64,000 nucleotides of DNA from an uncultured Acidobacteriaceae bacterium (GCA_963773915.1 CAVZCY010000003.1:5914-69913); one strand, 5' to 3'. Positions 10,153-20,864 are shown, counted from the first letter of the stretch. Notes: a model not told the origin generated them from the sequence alone. Numbers and translations: made by a program.

Positions 10153-11187
10153 GCGCAACCGCCGCGCCGCCTGTCGCCTCCGAACACCGCGCGCTTTCGC
10201 CTCCGGCCAGCCCCAAAACTGCCGCGCTCAAAATCGCAGAATTCAGTCGACGAATACCTGCGCGTCCTCACCGCCGAGCGCGGCGCATCCGCGCACACCT
10301 TGCGAGCCTATCGGCGCGAACTGCACGATTTCGCCGCCTGGCTGCACGCCCACCACCCCGCGCTTGACCGTCAGCCGCATCGAACACACGCACATCCGCT
10401 CTTATCTCGGCACGCTTTACGATCGTGGACTCTCCAAAGCCTCTGCCGCTCGCGCGCTTGCCGCCATCCGCAGCTGGTTCAAGTGGCTGGCCCGCGCCCA
10501 CCACATCGAGCAGAACGCCGCCTCGCTGGTCGTCCACTCCGCGCCTGCCCAAGCATCTGCCGCGCGTGCCCTCCATCGAGCAGTTGAATCGCGCCGTCGA
10601 CTACCGCGCTCGACGACGCCTCAAGTTGGCCCGCTCGCGACAAGGCAATTCTCGAGATGCTCTACGGCTGCGGCATCCGCAACGCGGAACTCACCACGCC
10701 TCGATCTCGACGACATTCACTGGGCCAACGAAGCGATCCTGGTCCGCGGCAAAGGACAGAAACAGCGCTACGTTCCATTCGGCGACGCGGCCGCCCAGGC
10801 GCTCCGCGCCTACATCGTCGAGCGCTCCGCCCGCCTGGCCGCCGCCGATGAACAAAAAACCCGCCAACGCCCCGCGGAACACGCCAGCGCTCTTTCTCAA
10901 TCTCCAGTTGCGTGGCCTCGACAAAAGGCGGTCAGGCTCGGCTCACCACCCGCAGCGTCGGACGCATCGTCAAGCGCATCGCCATCCTGCGCGGGCTTTC
11001 ATCTGACGTCCACCCGCACACCCTGCGCCACGCCTTCGGAACTCATCTGCTTGAAGAAGGCGCCGACCTCCGCGCCATTCAGGAGCTGCTCGGCCACGAG
11101 CGCCTCTCCACCACCCAGCGCTACACCCAGCTCACCACCGCGCAATTGACCCAGGTCTACGACCGCACCCATCCCCGCGCCCGGTAG
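10149..11187 (+). CDS. xerC: Tyrosine recombinase XerC (about seven apparent indels)
   Basis: ATGA overlap with xerD. Fragments [79 protein letters not shown] are spread over all three frames. Confidence 0.8.
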
Positions 11188-11209
11188 CTCAACCCACGTA
11201 CAAACGTTG

Positions 11210-11290
11210 TGTCATCCCGAGCGGAGCGCGTTCGGGGCCCCAATCACGCTTGCCGTGATTGGGGTAAGCGGAGCCGAGGGACCTGCTTCT
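11210..11290. repeat. Family A repeat with a family B hairpin inserted in its loop
   Basis: tgtcatcccgagcg...gccgagggacctgcttct with the internal perfect 11-bp stem ccccaatcacg/cgtgattgggg (11238-11264). Confidence 0.75.
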
Positions 11291-11469
11291 GTTTTTCGAT
11301 GTACACGTCTTGCCCCCGGGCTTGGCTTTGGCTCCTTCCCTTACAATCGTAGAGAAGAGAGTCATTTCGGCTCTCGAATCGTCCGGCTATACAACAGCAG
11401 CCGTTCCGATCACATCACATAGGTAGTCCAGGTAGGTAGATCCCAGTAGCGAGATCAAGGAGCAAGTTC

Positions 11470-11736
11470 ATGACAAACATCTCAGTCGACAAACTATCGG
11501 TGGATGACATTCTCAATGACGCCAACCGCATCAAGTCAATCGTGACCGATGCCGTGGAAGATGGCATTCAGCAGGCGATCCGCGCCGTGAACAAGGGCCG
11601 CGATGTCGCCGAGGACGCGATCCACGACACCCGCCATGCAATCAAGAAGAACCCCCTGCAGGCCGCGGGAATCTTCCTTGCCGCAGGCGTCGTCCTGGGC
11701 AGCCTCATCACTCTCTTGACCGTGCGCCGTTCCTGA
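11470..11736 (+). CDS. ElaB/YqjD/DUF883-like tail-anchored membrane protein
   Basis: AGGAG RBS, 88 aa helical body, C-terminal KNPLQAAGIFLAAGVVLGSLI TM followed by RRS. Confidence 0.7.
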   Translation: MTNISVDKLSVDDILNDANRIKSIVTDAVEDGIQQAIRAVNKGRDVAEDAIHDTRHAIKKNPLQAAGIFLAAGVVLGSLITLLTVRRS

Positions 11737-11740
11737 AAAC

Positions 11741-11769
11741 TCAGGCCGGCCCAAGTCCGACCGGCCTGA
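11741..11769 (+). terminator. Stem-loop after the DUF883-like gene
   Basis: tcaggccgg / ccggcctga 9-bp stem. Weak U-tail. Confidence 0.4.
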
Positions 11770-11827
11770 ATCTCTCTCATCGCCCCGCTCTGAACCAACG
11801 GTGTCGGCGCAATTGGACTCAAAGCCA

Positions 11828-11980
11828 GCGCCGGGGGCGAGTTTCGCTCAGTTCTAGGAGAGATGAGCGACGTGGACCGGGGTCCCCGCGGACAGGTCTT
11901 CGTCCATGGGGTGGAGACCGCGAGTCCACGAGCGACGAGCGACGAGCGACAACGAAATGAGCGAAACTAGCCCCGGCGCT
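11828..11980. repeat. Nested palindromic intergenic element at the argJ 3' end
   Basis: Outer inverted repeat agcgccgggggcgagtttcgctca / tgagcgaaactagccccggcgct, inner cgtggac/gtccacg, central family B core, (gagcgac)x3. Confidence 0.7.
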
Positions 11981-13216
11981 AAGTCGAATAATCCGCGTTA
12001 ATGCTAATGTATTCGTGTGTTAGGTCCGTCGTCCAGAAAACGCACGATCCGCTCCCCTGATTCAGCTCAATCGAAATCGAAAATTCTCGCTGGCCGATGT
12101 ATGCGTGCGCGGCCGCCTCGTCAAACTCAGCCGCTCGCCCGCCGTCGCGGCAAATCTGTAACTCGCCGAAGCGAATGTCGATCCGTCCCGGATCGATCTG
12201 AGCGCCGGAGTACCCGATCGCGGCCACCAGCCGTCCCCAGTTCGGATCGCAACCGGCCCACGCCGTCTTCACCAGCGGCGAATGAGCAATGGCCTTCGCC
12301 ACGCGCAGCGCATCGGCGTCATTGGCCGCGCCGCCAACGCGCAGCTCCACCACATGCGTCGCGCCCTCGCCGTCGGCCACAACCTGCCGCGCCATCGAAG
12401 TGCACACTTCCGTAAGCGCGGCCGCAAAAGCCGCGTCGCCCGAGCCAATCTTCACCCGCTCGCGCCCGATGCGAGCAGCAGCACGGTGTCGTTCGTCGAT
12501 GTGTCGCCGTCCACCGAGATTCGGTTGAAGCTGACCTCGACCGCGGCGCGAAGGTAGCCGTCAAGATCGTCGGGCTCAACCGCCGCATCAGTCAGCACGT
12601 AGACAAGCATGGTTGCATGTTTTGCCGCGTGGGGTCAGAGCTGCGGATGAATCATGCCCGAGCCTTTTCCGAACGCGGCTATCCTCACCTGCCGCGCAGC
12701 TCCATCGCCACCCTTTAATTCGATCCGGGCAAAAGCCATCTTCTCCACCAGATCCGTCGTCAAAATCGCGTGGGCCGCTTCCGAAAAATGATTCGCATCG
12801 GATCCAAGACTCGCCGCCAGCTCCGGCAGCGCAGCAATCAGTTTCTCCGCCGGCAGTGGCACGCCGATAATCCCGGTCGACGACGGGAAAACTTCCTCCG
12901 GTCGGCAGCCAAATGTCCGAGCAACAGCCGCGCAGGTGGCCCGCGCCGCTCGCAACCCCGCCTCGCCCGCCGCGCAGTTGGCGTTTCCTGCATTGACGGC
13001 CGCCACGCGCACGCGCCCGCCCGTCACATTTAAGTTTTCTTTGTCGACGATCAGTGGCGCCGCAATCACCCGGTTCGACGTAAACGCCGCCGCCGCGCTC
13101 GCTGGCTCATCCGCCACAATCAGGGCGAAGTCGGGCCGTCCGCTGGCCTTCAGGCCGGCCTTCGCCGCCGCAAATCGGAATCCCCGCGGAATGCTCCCGC
13201 TCGATAAATCGCTCAT
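11979..13216 (-). CDS. argJ: Bifunctional glutamate N-acetyltransferase/amino-acid acetyltransferase (frameshifts ~12630 and ~12460)
   Basis: [95 protein letters not shown]. Confidence 0.92.
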
Positions 13217-13281
13217 GCTTTCTGCCCCATTTAATCCAGCCCATTTAATCTAGCAGGTGTGGGGCCGCTGGGCACGACCTG

Positions 13282-14094
13282 ATGAATGGCAACGAAATCA
13301 ATTCGCAAACCTTTCTTGAAATGCGCGCGGTCAACGTCGCGCGCGGCGATCGCATTGTCCTGCACGACATCAATCTCAGCATCCGCGCCGGCGAGCACGT
13401 TGCCATTCTCGGGCCGAACGGCTGCGGCAAATCCACGCTCATTCTCGCCATGACCTGCCAGCTCTATCCCATCGTTCAACCGGACATGCTCGTCCGCATC
13501 TTCGGCCGCGAGCGTTGGGATCTGACCGAGCTGCGCCGCCACTTCGGCGTCGTCAGCGCCGGGCCAATGGGCGCCGAACTTCCCGGCGAGCGAACTGCCG
13601 CCACATCCGGTCTCGATGCGGTAATCGCCGGTTTCTTTTCCGCCTCCACTCTATGGCCCAACCTCCATGTCACCGATGAAATGCGCGCGCGGGCGCGGGA
13701 AGCTCTCGAACGAATCGAAGCCTCGCATCTCGCCGAGCAACTCGTCGGAACAATGTCCGCCGGAGAAAAACGCCGCATCATGATTGCCCGCGCCCTCGTG
13801 CACCGCCCGCAGCAGCTCCTTCTCGACGAGCCTTCCAACGCGCTCGACTTGGCCGCACAGCGCGAACTGCGCGAAACTCTGCGCGGGCTGGCTCGTGAAG
13901 GCACGGGGCTGGTCATGGTCACGCATCACCTCGGCGATATACTCCCCGAAATCGCCCGCATCATCCTCATGCGCGATGGCCGCATCGTCGCCGACGGCCC
14001 GCGCGATGAACTGCTGACCGAGTCGCGGCTCAGCGAGCTTTTCCGCGCGCCAGTGCGTATCGGCCGCGATGCGGAGTGGTTGCATAGTTGGTAA
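13282..14094 (+). CDS. ABC transporter ATP-binding protein (ModF-like)
   Basis: GPNGCGKST Walker A, MSAGEKRR, LLLDEP, VTHH. Confidence 0.9.
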   Translation: MNGNEINSQTFLEMRAVNVARGDRIVLHDINLSIRAGEHVAILGPNGCGKSTLILAMTCQLYPIVQPDMLVRIFGRERWDLTELRRHFGVVSAGPMGAELPGERTAATSGLDAVIAGFFSASTLWPNLHVTDEMRARAREALERIEASHLAEQLVGTMSAGEKRRIMIARALVHRPQQLLLDEPSNALDLAAQRELRETLRGLAREGTGLVMVTHHLGDILPEIARIILMRDGRIVADGPRDELLTESRLSELFRAPVRIGRDAEWLHSW

Positions 14095-14143
14095 TGAAGA
14101 AAGAACCCCGACAAGAGAATCGCAGGTCATTGTCTCGGAAAAA

Positions 14144-15106
14144 ATGATGGAAACCACTATAAAACCCGCTCGCTGGAAGATTCTCCTGGCCTTCGCGATT
14201 ATCTATTTCGTTTGGGGATCGACTTTCTTCGCCATTCGCGTTGGCGTCAGCGAGTTCCCTCCGTTTCTCTTCTGCGCCATGCGATTTCTGGCCGCGGGCC
14301 TGCTGGTTTTTCTCTGGGCAGTCACGCACCGCGAGCGCCGGCCGACAGCCCGCCAGTGGCTTTCCGCGTTCCTGCTCGCGTTTCTCATCTTCGTCGTCGA
14401 CTACGGCCTCCTCTTCTGGGCCGAGCAGCGCGTTCCCTCCGGCATCGCCGCGGTTATTCTCGCCACCATCCCCGGATTCATGGCGCTGTCTGAAATTCTC
14501 ATTCTCCGCACGCAGCGCCTCACAATTCGCCTGGTTCTCGCCCTCCTTTCCGGAATCGCCGGCGTAGCAGTCCTCGTGACCCCGTCGCAACTTCTCGGCA
14601 ATCTCGGCGGCGCCGCCATCGACAAGACAGATGCCATCGCCCTCGTCATCGCAGCAATCTCCTGGTCAATTGCCTCGGCGCTCTCGCGCAAACTGCCGCT
14701 GCCATCTTCGAAGGTCATGAGCTCGGGCGCGCAAATGCTCGCCGGCGGAATCATGCTCGCAGTCGTCGCCGCCCTGCGCGGCGAGGGTCGCGGCCTTCAC
14801 CCGTCGGCTGTCTCCAGCTCCGCGTGGTTCGCATTGATCTACCTCATCTTCGCCGGCTCCATCGCAGGATTCACGGCCTACGTCTGGCTGCTGCACCACG
14901 AGTCGCCTACCAAAGTTGGCACCTATGCGTACGTCAACCCGGTTGTCGCCGTGTTGCTCGGCTATTGGCTGGGCGGCGAGCCCCTGGGACTCCGCACCAT
15001 CGCCGGCGGTCTATTTGTTCTCGCCAGTGTCGTTACCATTACGACCATGCGCCCAAATTCCATGCGTTTAAATTCAAAGCCTGCCGCCGCGCAAAAAGCC
15101 GGATAG
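14144..15106 (+). CDS. EamA/DMT family transporter (YedA-like)
   Basis: IYFVWGSTF, RVPSGIAAV, GSIAGFTAYVWLL, YAYVNPVVAV. About ten TM segments. Confidence 0.9.
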   Translation: MMETTIKPARWKILLAFAIIYFVWGSTFFAIRVGVSEFPPFLFCAMRFLAAGLLVFLWAVTHRERRPTARQWLSAFLLAFLIFVVDYGLLFWAEQRVPSGIAAVILATIPGFMALSEILILRTQRLTIRLVLALLSGIAGVAVLVTPSQLLGNLGGAAIDKTDAIALVIAAISWSIASALSRKLPLPSSKVMSSGAQMLAGGIMLAVVAALRGEGRGLHPSAVSSSAWFALIYLIFAGSIAGFTAYVWLLHHESPTKVGTYAYVNPVVAVLLGYWLGGEPLGLRTIAGGLFVLASVVTITTMRPNSMRLNSKPAAAQKAG

Positions 15107-15246
15107 GCGAACGTCTGCGGACTGACAAAATGCCCGGCTCGCCCGCAAATTTCCCCGGGGATTTACCTGCGCCTTTTGAGAGCTGTGCTAACATTTTGCC
15201 AACTGGCCTGCGCACCTTTTCCCAGCGCGTGGAGGTAAGAATCATC

Positions 15247-16128
15247 ATGCCGATTTCCAGACGAGCTTTCCTCAAAACTACCGCCGCAGCCGGCGCCGCA
15301 GCCGGCATAGGCAACCTGCCTCTGCATGCCGAGCGGGCAACCGCATCGAGTTTGGTCACGCTGGGTAAATCCGGCGTAAAGGTCACGCGTCTCGCCTTCG
15401 GCACGGGCAGCAGTAACGGCTACGTTCAGTCTTCGCTTGGGCAAAAAGAGTTCAGCGGCCTCGTTGCCTATGCCTACGAACGCGGCATCCGTTTCTTTGA
15501 AACATCGGAATCCTATACCACGCCCGCCATGCTCGGAGAAGCGCTCAAGCCCTTCCCCCGCGACAGCTACGTCCTCATGACCAAGGTGACCACCGATCCC
15601 GACGCCGATCCCGAGCAACGCTTCGAAGACATGCTCCGCACCTCCAATACCGAATACTTCGACATCATGCTTCTCCACTGGCAGCACACGCCCGATTGGG
15701 TCGAATCAACAAAGCCTTGGCAGGCGGGCATCGACAAATTCCAGGCCAAAAAGACCATCCTCTCGCGCGGCGCCAGCGTCCACGGCCTGCCCGCTCTCCG
15801 CCAAATGCCCGGCAATCCCTGGCTGCAAGTGGCCATGATCCGCATGAATCACAACGGCACGCGCATGGACGGGCCGACGTGGGAAGACAACAACAATCCG
15901 CAGTGCGTTCCCGAAGTCGTTGAACACGTTCAGCAGGTCAAGCAGGATGGCATGGGTGTCATCAGTATGAAACTGATTGGCGATGGCGCCTTCACGCAGC
16001 ACCGCGATCGCGTCGCCGCGATGCGCTTCGCCTTCCGCAATGCAGGCGTGGACGCAGTAACCGTCGGCTTCAAGAACCGTCAGGAAATCGACGAGGCCAT
16101 CGAAAACCTCAACCTCGCCTTCGCCTAA
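15247..16128 (+). CDS. Tat-exported aldo/keto reductase
   Basis: SRRAFLK twin-arginine signal, LGKSGVKVTRLAFGT, GIRFFETSESY, LMTK, YFDIMLLH, GVISMK. Confidence 0.85.
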   Translation: MPISRRAFLKTTAAAGAAAGIGNLPLHAERATASSLVTLGKSGVKVTRLAFGTGSSNGYVQSSLGQKEFSGLVAYAYERGIRFFETSESYTTPAMLGEALKPFPRDSYVLMTKVTTDPDADPEQRFEDMLRTSNTEYFDIMLLHWQHTPDWVESTKPWQAGIDKFQAKKTILSRGASVHGLPALRQMPGNPWLQVAMIRMNHNGTRMDGPTWEDNNNPQCVPEVVEHVQQVKQDGMGVISMKLIGDGAFTQHRDRVAAMRFAFRNAGVDAVTVGFKNRQEIDEAIENLNLAFA

Positions 16129-16197
16129 CCCAGTCTCGCCTCATCACTGGCGCAAAAGCGAGATAAGCGCCGTGACTGCATTATCATTGGCTGCAGC

Positions 16198-16270
<73 letters not shown>

Positions 16271-16335
16271 CTTCGGGATTAGCGTTCCCGCTGCTCCCGA
16301 GCGCCGCGCTGAGGTCATCCCCTTGAGGTCATCCC

Positions 16336-17175
16336 ATGAACACGCCGCTCCGAAGCGTCAAGCTCGCCCAGGTTACGGAATGGGACGACGGTCAAATCCG
16401 TTCAGCCAGCGACGATCTCGCCGCTGAGGAGCCTCTTCAAATCCTCGCGTGTGGCAACCCGCTTGTCGTCACAATGCGCACTCCAGGCCACGACCGCGAG
16501 CTGGCTGCTGGCTTCCTCTGGACCGAAGGCCTCATTAAGAGCCGCGACCAAATCCTTTCATTCGGAGATCGGGAATCCGCGAACGGGCAAGCCGGCAAGA
16601 CCATCGACTGCAACACCATCAACGTCGAACTGCGCAACGGCGTAGTAGATCCCAACAAACCCCAGCGCAATTTCCTTTCCAATTCAAGCTGTGGGCTCTG
16701 CGGCAAAACCTCCATCGATGCTGTGCGCACACGTGGTCTTCAACCGCTCGCCCCGGGTTTCAAGTTGGATGCCGAAACGCTCACTTCACTGCCCGCCAAA
16801 CTGCGCGCCGAGCAACCGATCTTTGATCGCACCGGCGGATTGCACGCCGCCGCCCTGTTCGACGCCGAGGGTGAATTCCTTGCGCTCCGCGAGGACATCG
16901 GCCGCCACAACGCCGTCGACAAAGTCGTCGGGTGGGCGCTGCTGCAAGGCATGATTCCGCTCTCGAGCCACGTCCTTCTCGTCAGCGGTCGGGGAGGCTT
17001 CGAAATCGTTCAAAAGGCAATCGCCGCGGGCGTGCCTATTGTCGCTTCGGTCTCCGCACCCTCAAGCCTTGCTGTGCAATTGGCCCGCGAGCTGAACTTG
17101 ACCCTGATCGGTTTTCTGCGCGGACGGCGTTTTGTTGTCTACTCGGGCGAGTCGCGCTGCCGGATGCAGCACTAA
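16336..17175 (+). CDS. fdhD: Formate dehydrogenase accessory sulfurtransferase FdhD
   Basis: EEPL, MRTPGHDRELAAGFL, SSCGLCGK, TGGLHAAAL, REDIGRHNAVDK, VSAPSSLAV. Confidence 0.95.
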   Translation: MNTPLRSVKLAQVTEWDDGQIRSASDDLAAEEPLQILACGNPLVVTMRTPGHDRELAAGFLWTEGLIKSRDQILSFGDRESANGQAGKTIDCNTINVELRNGVVDPNKPQRNFLSNSSCGLCGKTSIDAVRTRGLQPLAPGFKLDAETLTSLPAKLRAEQPIFDRTGGLHAAALFDAEGEFLALREDIGRHNAVDKVVGWALLQGMIPLSSHVLLVSGRGGFEIVQKAIAAGVPIVASVSAPSSLAVQLARELNLTLIGFLRGRRFVVYSGESRCRMQH

Positions 17176-17352
17176 GGCTACAGCCTGGCGCGGTCCTGCA
17201 TCTTATCCTTTTATTCGGCGACACCGCCGCACGCTCCTGCGTGTCGAGAGAAGATGCAATAATCGATGCGGCACATTTTTGCCGCCGATTCATGTGCCCG
17301 GATTTTGTGAACCTGGAATCAATTCCCCAACTTCCCCGAGGCTCTGTTAATC

Positions 17353-20296
17353 ATGGCGACAATCACCATCGACAACACGATCCATTCATTTGAACCGGGC
17401 CAGTCACTGATCGACATCATCAACCGCGCTGGTGAGCGGATTCCTCAAGTCTGCTACCACCCTCAGCTCGGGCCCATCCAAACCTGCGACACCTGCATGG
17501 TTGAAGTCGGTGGCAAGCTGGTTCGTGCTTGCGCTACAGCCGCTGAAAACGGAATGATCGTCGCAACGGCCTCGCCCCGCGCCGCGAGCGCTCAGCGTGA
17601 GGCCTTCGATCGCATCCTCGGAAACCATCTTCTCTATTGCACGGTCTGCGACAACAACAACGGTAACTGCACCGTGCACAACACTACAAAGCTCCTCGCA
17701 ATCGAACACCAGCAGACTCCCTACGCTCCCAAGCCCTACCCGAAAGATTTCTCCAACCCTTTTTACCGCTACGATCCCGATCAGTGCATTCTTTGCGGCC
17801 GCTGTGTTGAAGCTTGCCAAAACCTGCAAGTGAATGAAACGCTCAGCATTCGCTGGGAAGACGAACATCCACGCGTACTTTGGGATGGGGGAGCGGCCAT
17901 CGGCGAATCGAGCTGTGTCTCCTGCGGCCACTGCGTCACGGTCTGCCCCTGCAACGCGCTCATGGAAAACTCCATGCTCGGCGAGGCCGGCTATATCACC
18001 GCGCTGCCCCAGTTGGCGCGCGAACGAATGATTGAAGTCGTCAAGGAACTCGAGCCTGAAATGGGCTACAGCTCCGTACTTGCTCTCTCTGAAATTGAGG
18101 CCGCAATGCGCGCCTCGCGCATCAAGCGCACCAAAACCGTCTGCACCTATTGCGGAGTCGGCTGCAGCTTCGATATCTGGACGCGGGACCGCCAGATTCT
18201 CAAAGTTGAGCCTGCTGAGGGGCCCGCAAACGGCGTCTCCACTTGCGTCAAAGGCAAATTCGGCTGGGGATTCGTTAACAGCGAAGACCGTCTCACCACC
18301 CCGCTGATTCGCGAGAACGGAAACTTCCGCAAGGCAACTTGGGACGAGGCGCTCTCGCTCGTTGCCCGGCGATTCAGTGAAATCAAGGCCGCCTCCGGTC
18401 CCGATTCGCTCGCCTTCATCTCTTCGTCCAAGTGCACTAACGAAGAAAGCTATCTGATGCAGAAGCTCTCGCGCGCCGTCATCGGCACTAATAATATGGA
18501 TAACTGCTCGCGCTATTGCCAGGCGCCCGCCACTATCGGCCTCTTCCGCACCGTCGGCTATGGCGGCGATTCCGGATCGATCAGCGACATCGAGCAGGCT
18601 GAACTGGTCATCGTCATCGGCAGCAACACCGCGGAAAGTCATCCGGTCCTCGCGACACGCGTCAAGCGTGCTCACAAGCTGCACGGGCAAAAGCTCATCG
18701 TCGCCGACCTCCGCGAGCATGAAATGGCCCGTCGTGCTGACGTTTTCCTTCATCCCAAACCCGGCACCGATCTCATCTGGCTCTCCGCAGTCACGCGCTA
18801 TCTCTTCGACAACGGCCTCGCCAACACTGCCTTCATGAAGCAATGGGTTGACGGAGCCGAAGAATATGTCGCGAGCCTCGCCCCGTTCACGCTCGAAATG
18901 GCCAGCGCTCGCACCAGCCTCCCGCGTGAAACTTTAATCAAAGTTGCGCACATGGTCGCCGAAGCCGGCAGCGTTTGCATCCTCTGGGCCATGGGCGTCA
19001 CCCAGCACATCGCGGGTTCCGATACGTCCACCGCCATTTCTAATCTCTTGCTCGCCACCGGAAATTACATGCGCCCAGGCACCGGCGCCTATCCCACTGC
19101 GCGGCCACAACAATGTGCAGGGAGCCAGCGATCACGGCGCGATGCCGAATTTCTTTCCCGGCTATCAGAGCGTCGACGATCCGGCCATTCGCCAAAAGTT
19201 TGAACGCGCATGGAATGTCGCGCTCCCTCCCAAGCCCGGCCTCAACAACCATCAAATGATTGACGCCATTGAGGACGGCCGCTTGAAGTCGATGTACGTC
19301 TTCGGCGAAGAGATGAGCCTCGTCGACTCAAATGCGAATTACGTTTCTGAAGCAATCTCAAAGCTCGATTTCTTCGTGGTGCAGGACATTTTTTTCAGTG
19401 AGACTTGCCGCTACGCGGATGTCGTTTTGCCCGCCAGCCCGAGCCTGGAAAAGGAAGGCACATTCACTAGCACTGAGCGGCGCATTCAACGCCTCTACAA
19501 AGTCTTGGACCCGCTCGGCGACAGCCGGCCTGATTGGGAGATCATTCAGGACATCGCCAACCGGCTCGGCGCAAATTGGAAGTACGCTCATCCGTCGGAA
19601 ATCTGCGCCGAAATCGCTTCACTCACGCCCATCATGGCAGGCGTCACCTATGACCGCCTCAGGGGCTACAAGTCGCTGCAATGGCCGGTCGCCGCGGACG
19701 GCTCCGACCAGCCGTTGCTTTACACAAAGCAATTTGACTTTCCCGGTGGCAAGGCAAAATTCTTCCCTCTCGCCTTTACCGAGCCGAGCAACCAGCCCGA
19801 TGCATCCTACGATCTCCATCTCAACAACGGCCGTTTGCTCGAGCACTTCCACGAAGGCAACATGACCTATAAGACCGAAGGAATTCGCGAGAAAGCTCCT
19901 TCAACTTTTGTTGAGATTTCGCCCCAGTTGGCCGAATACCGTGGCATTCAGACCGGAAGCCTAGTTGAATTGAAGTCGCCCTTCGGCAGTGTGCGCGTTC
20001 GAGCACTGGTTTCCGACCGAGTCACCGGCATGGAGCTTTACATGCCCATGAATTCCATCGAGGAGCCCGTGAATCGGCTCACCAGCAGCTGTACCGACAA
20101 GGTCACAAGTACTCCAGCGTATAAAGAAGCAAGCGTCCGCATGGAACTGGTTGAAGCTGAGGGCGCCTCGCCGCTTCCCCGCGGAAACTCCCGCTTCGGC
20201 CATCCCACGCCGCAAAATGGAGTGGAAGTCGAACGCAAGTGGAAACGCAGCGACTACCGCATTCCCGGCGGTCTCGTTCAAATCCAAACCAAGTAA
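17353..20296 (+). CDS. Mo/W-bisPGD formate dehydrogenase catalytic subunit, YjgC/YrhE (ForC) type; one frameshift at ~19094
   Basis: N-terminal Fe-S motifs ([51 protein letters not shown]...CVKGK), [30 protein letters not shown]. Extra C in ccc at 19093-19095. Confidence 0.9.
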
Positions 20297-20310
20297 CGGG
20301 AGGAACGCCG

Positions 20311-20796
20311 ATGGCCCAACCGATCCCTCTTAACCTTCCGCCGCGCGATCCGCGCAAGGAACTTCTCGACCGCCTCGAAAGGGCTCCACAGGAGCACGCC
20401 GAAGCCTTGCTCGACGGCTATGAGCTTCTTGAGCAACTGCGGCAATCCGGAATCCTTCAACTGCTGCGCGGCACTTTGAGCGCGGGCGACGAGATTCTGG
20501 AACGCGTAGCAGGCGCAGCCACATCGCCGCAAGGCACACGCGCGCTGCGCAACTTGCTCATCCTCGGCCAATTACTCAGCGCCATAGACCCTGACCTGCT
20601 TGAGTGCTTCGCCATCGCTGCGGGCCAAACGCTGGGCAGCGAACGCAAGCCCGCCATGGAGCCTCCCGGTCTCTTCGCGCTGCTTAATCAGTTTCGTCAA
20701 CCGGAATTGCGCCGCAGCGTCGCGCTTATCAATCGATTCCTTATGACGCTGGGCAATCAGCTTAAGACAACGGGCTCTGATCGCTCGCAGCTGTGA
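20311..20796 (+). CDS. DUF1641 (YjgD/ForE-like) partner protein
   Basis: GGAGG RBS, LEQLRQSGILQLLRG, PPGLFALLNQFRQPELRRSVAL. Directly follows the dehydrogenase. Confidence 0.75.
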   Translation: MAQPIPLNLPPRDPRKELLDRLERAPQEHAEALLDGYELLEQLRQSGILQLLRGTLSAGDEILERVAGAATSPQGTRALRNLLILGQLLSAIDPDLLECFAIAAGQTLGSERKPAMEPPGLFALLNQFRQPELRRSVALINRFLMTLGNQLKTTGSDRSQL

Positions 20797-20864
20797 GCAA
20801 TTCACTTGCAGCCGCGAGCAATCACCAGCCCGTCCGATTCAACGCGATTGGAATGAATCGTAGA

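Noticed and set aside
9133-11187. XerC/XerD as the integrase for the tRNA-Pro cassettes
   Set aside because: These look like housekeeping Xer proteins that act on dif-type 11-6-11 sites and lack arm-binding domains. The junctions have tRNA cores with distal arms.
19090-19203. Selenocysteine read-through of TGA at 19201-19203 in the formate dehydrogenase
   Set aside because: The Mo-ligand is already Cys (TGC 18517). The break is explained by an extra C at ~19094 and homology continues in another frame.
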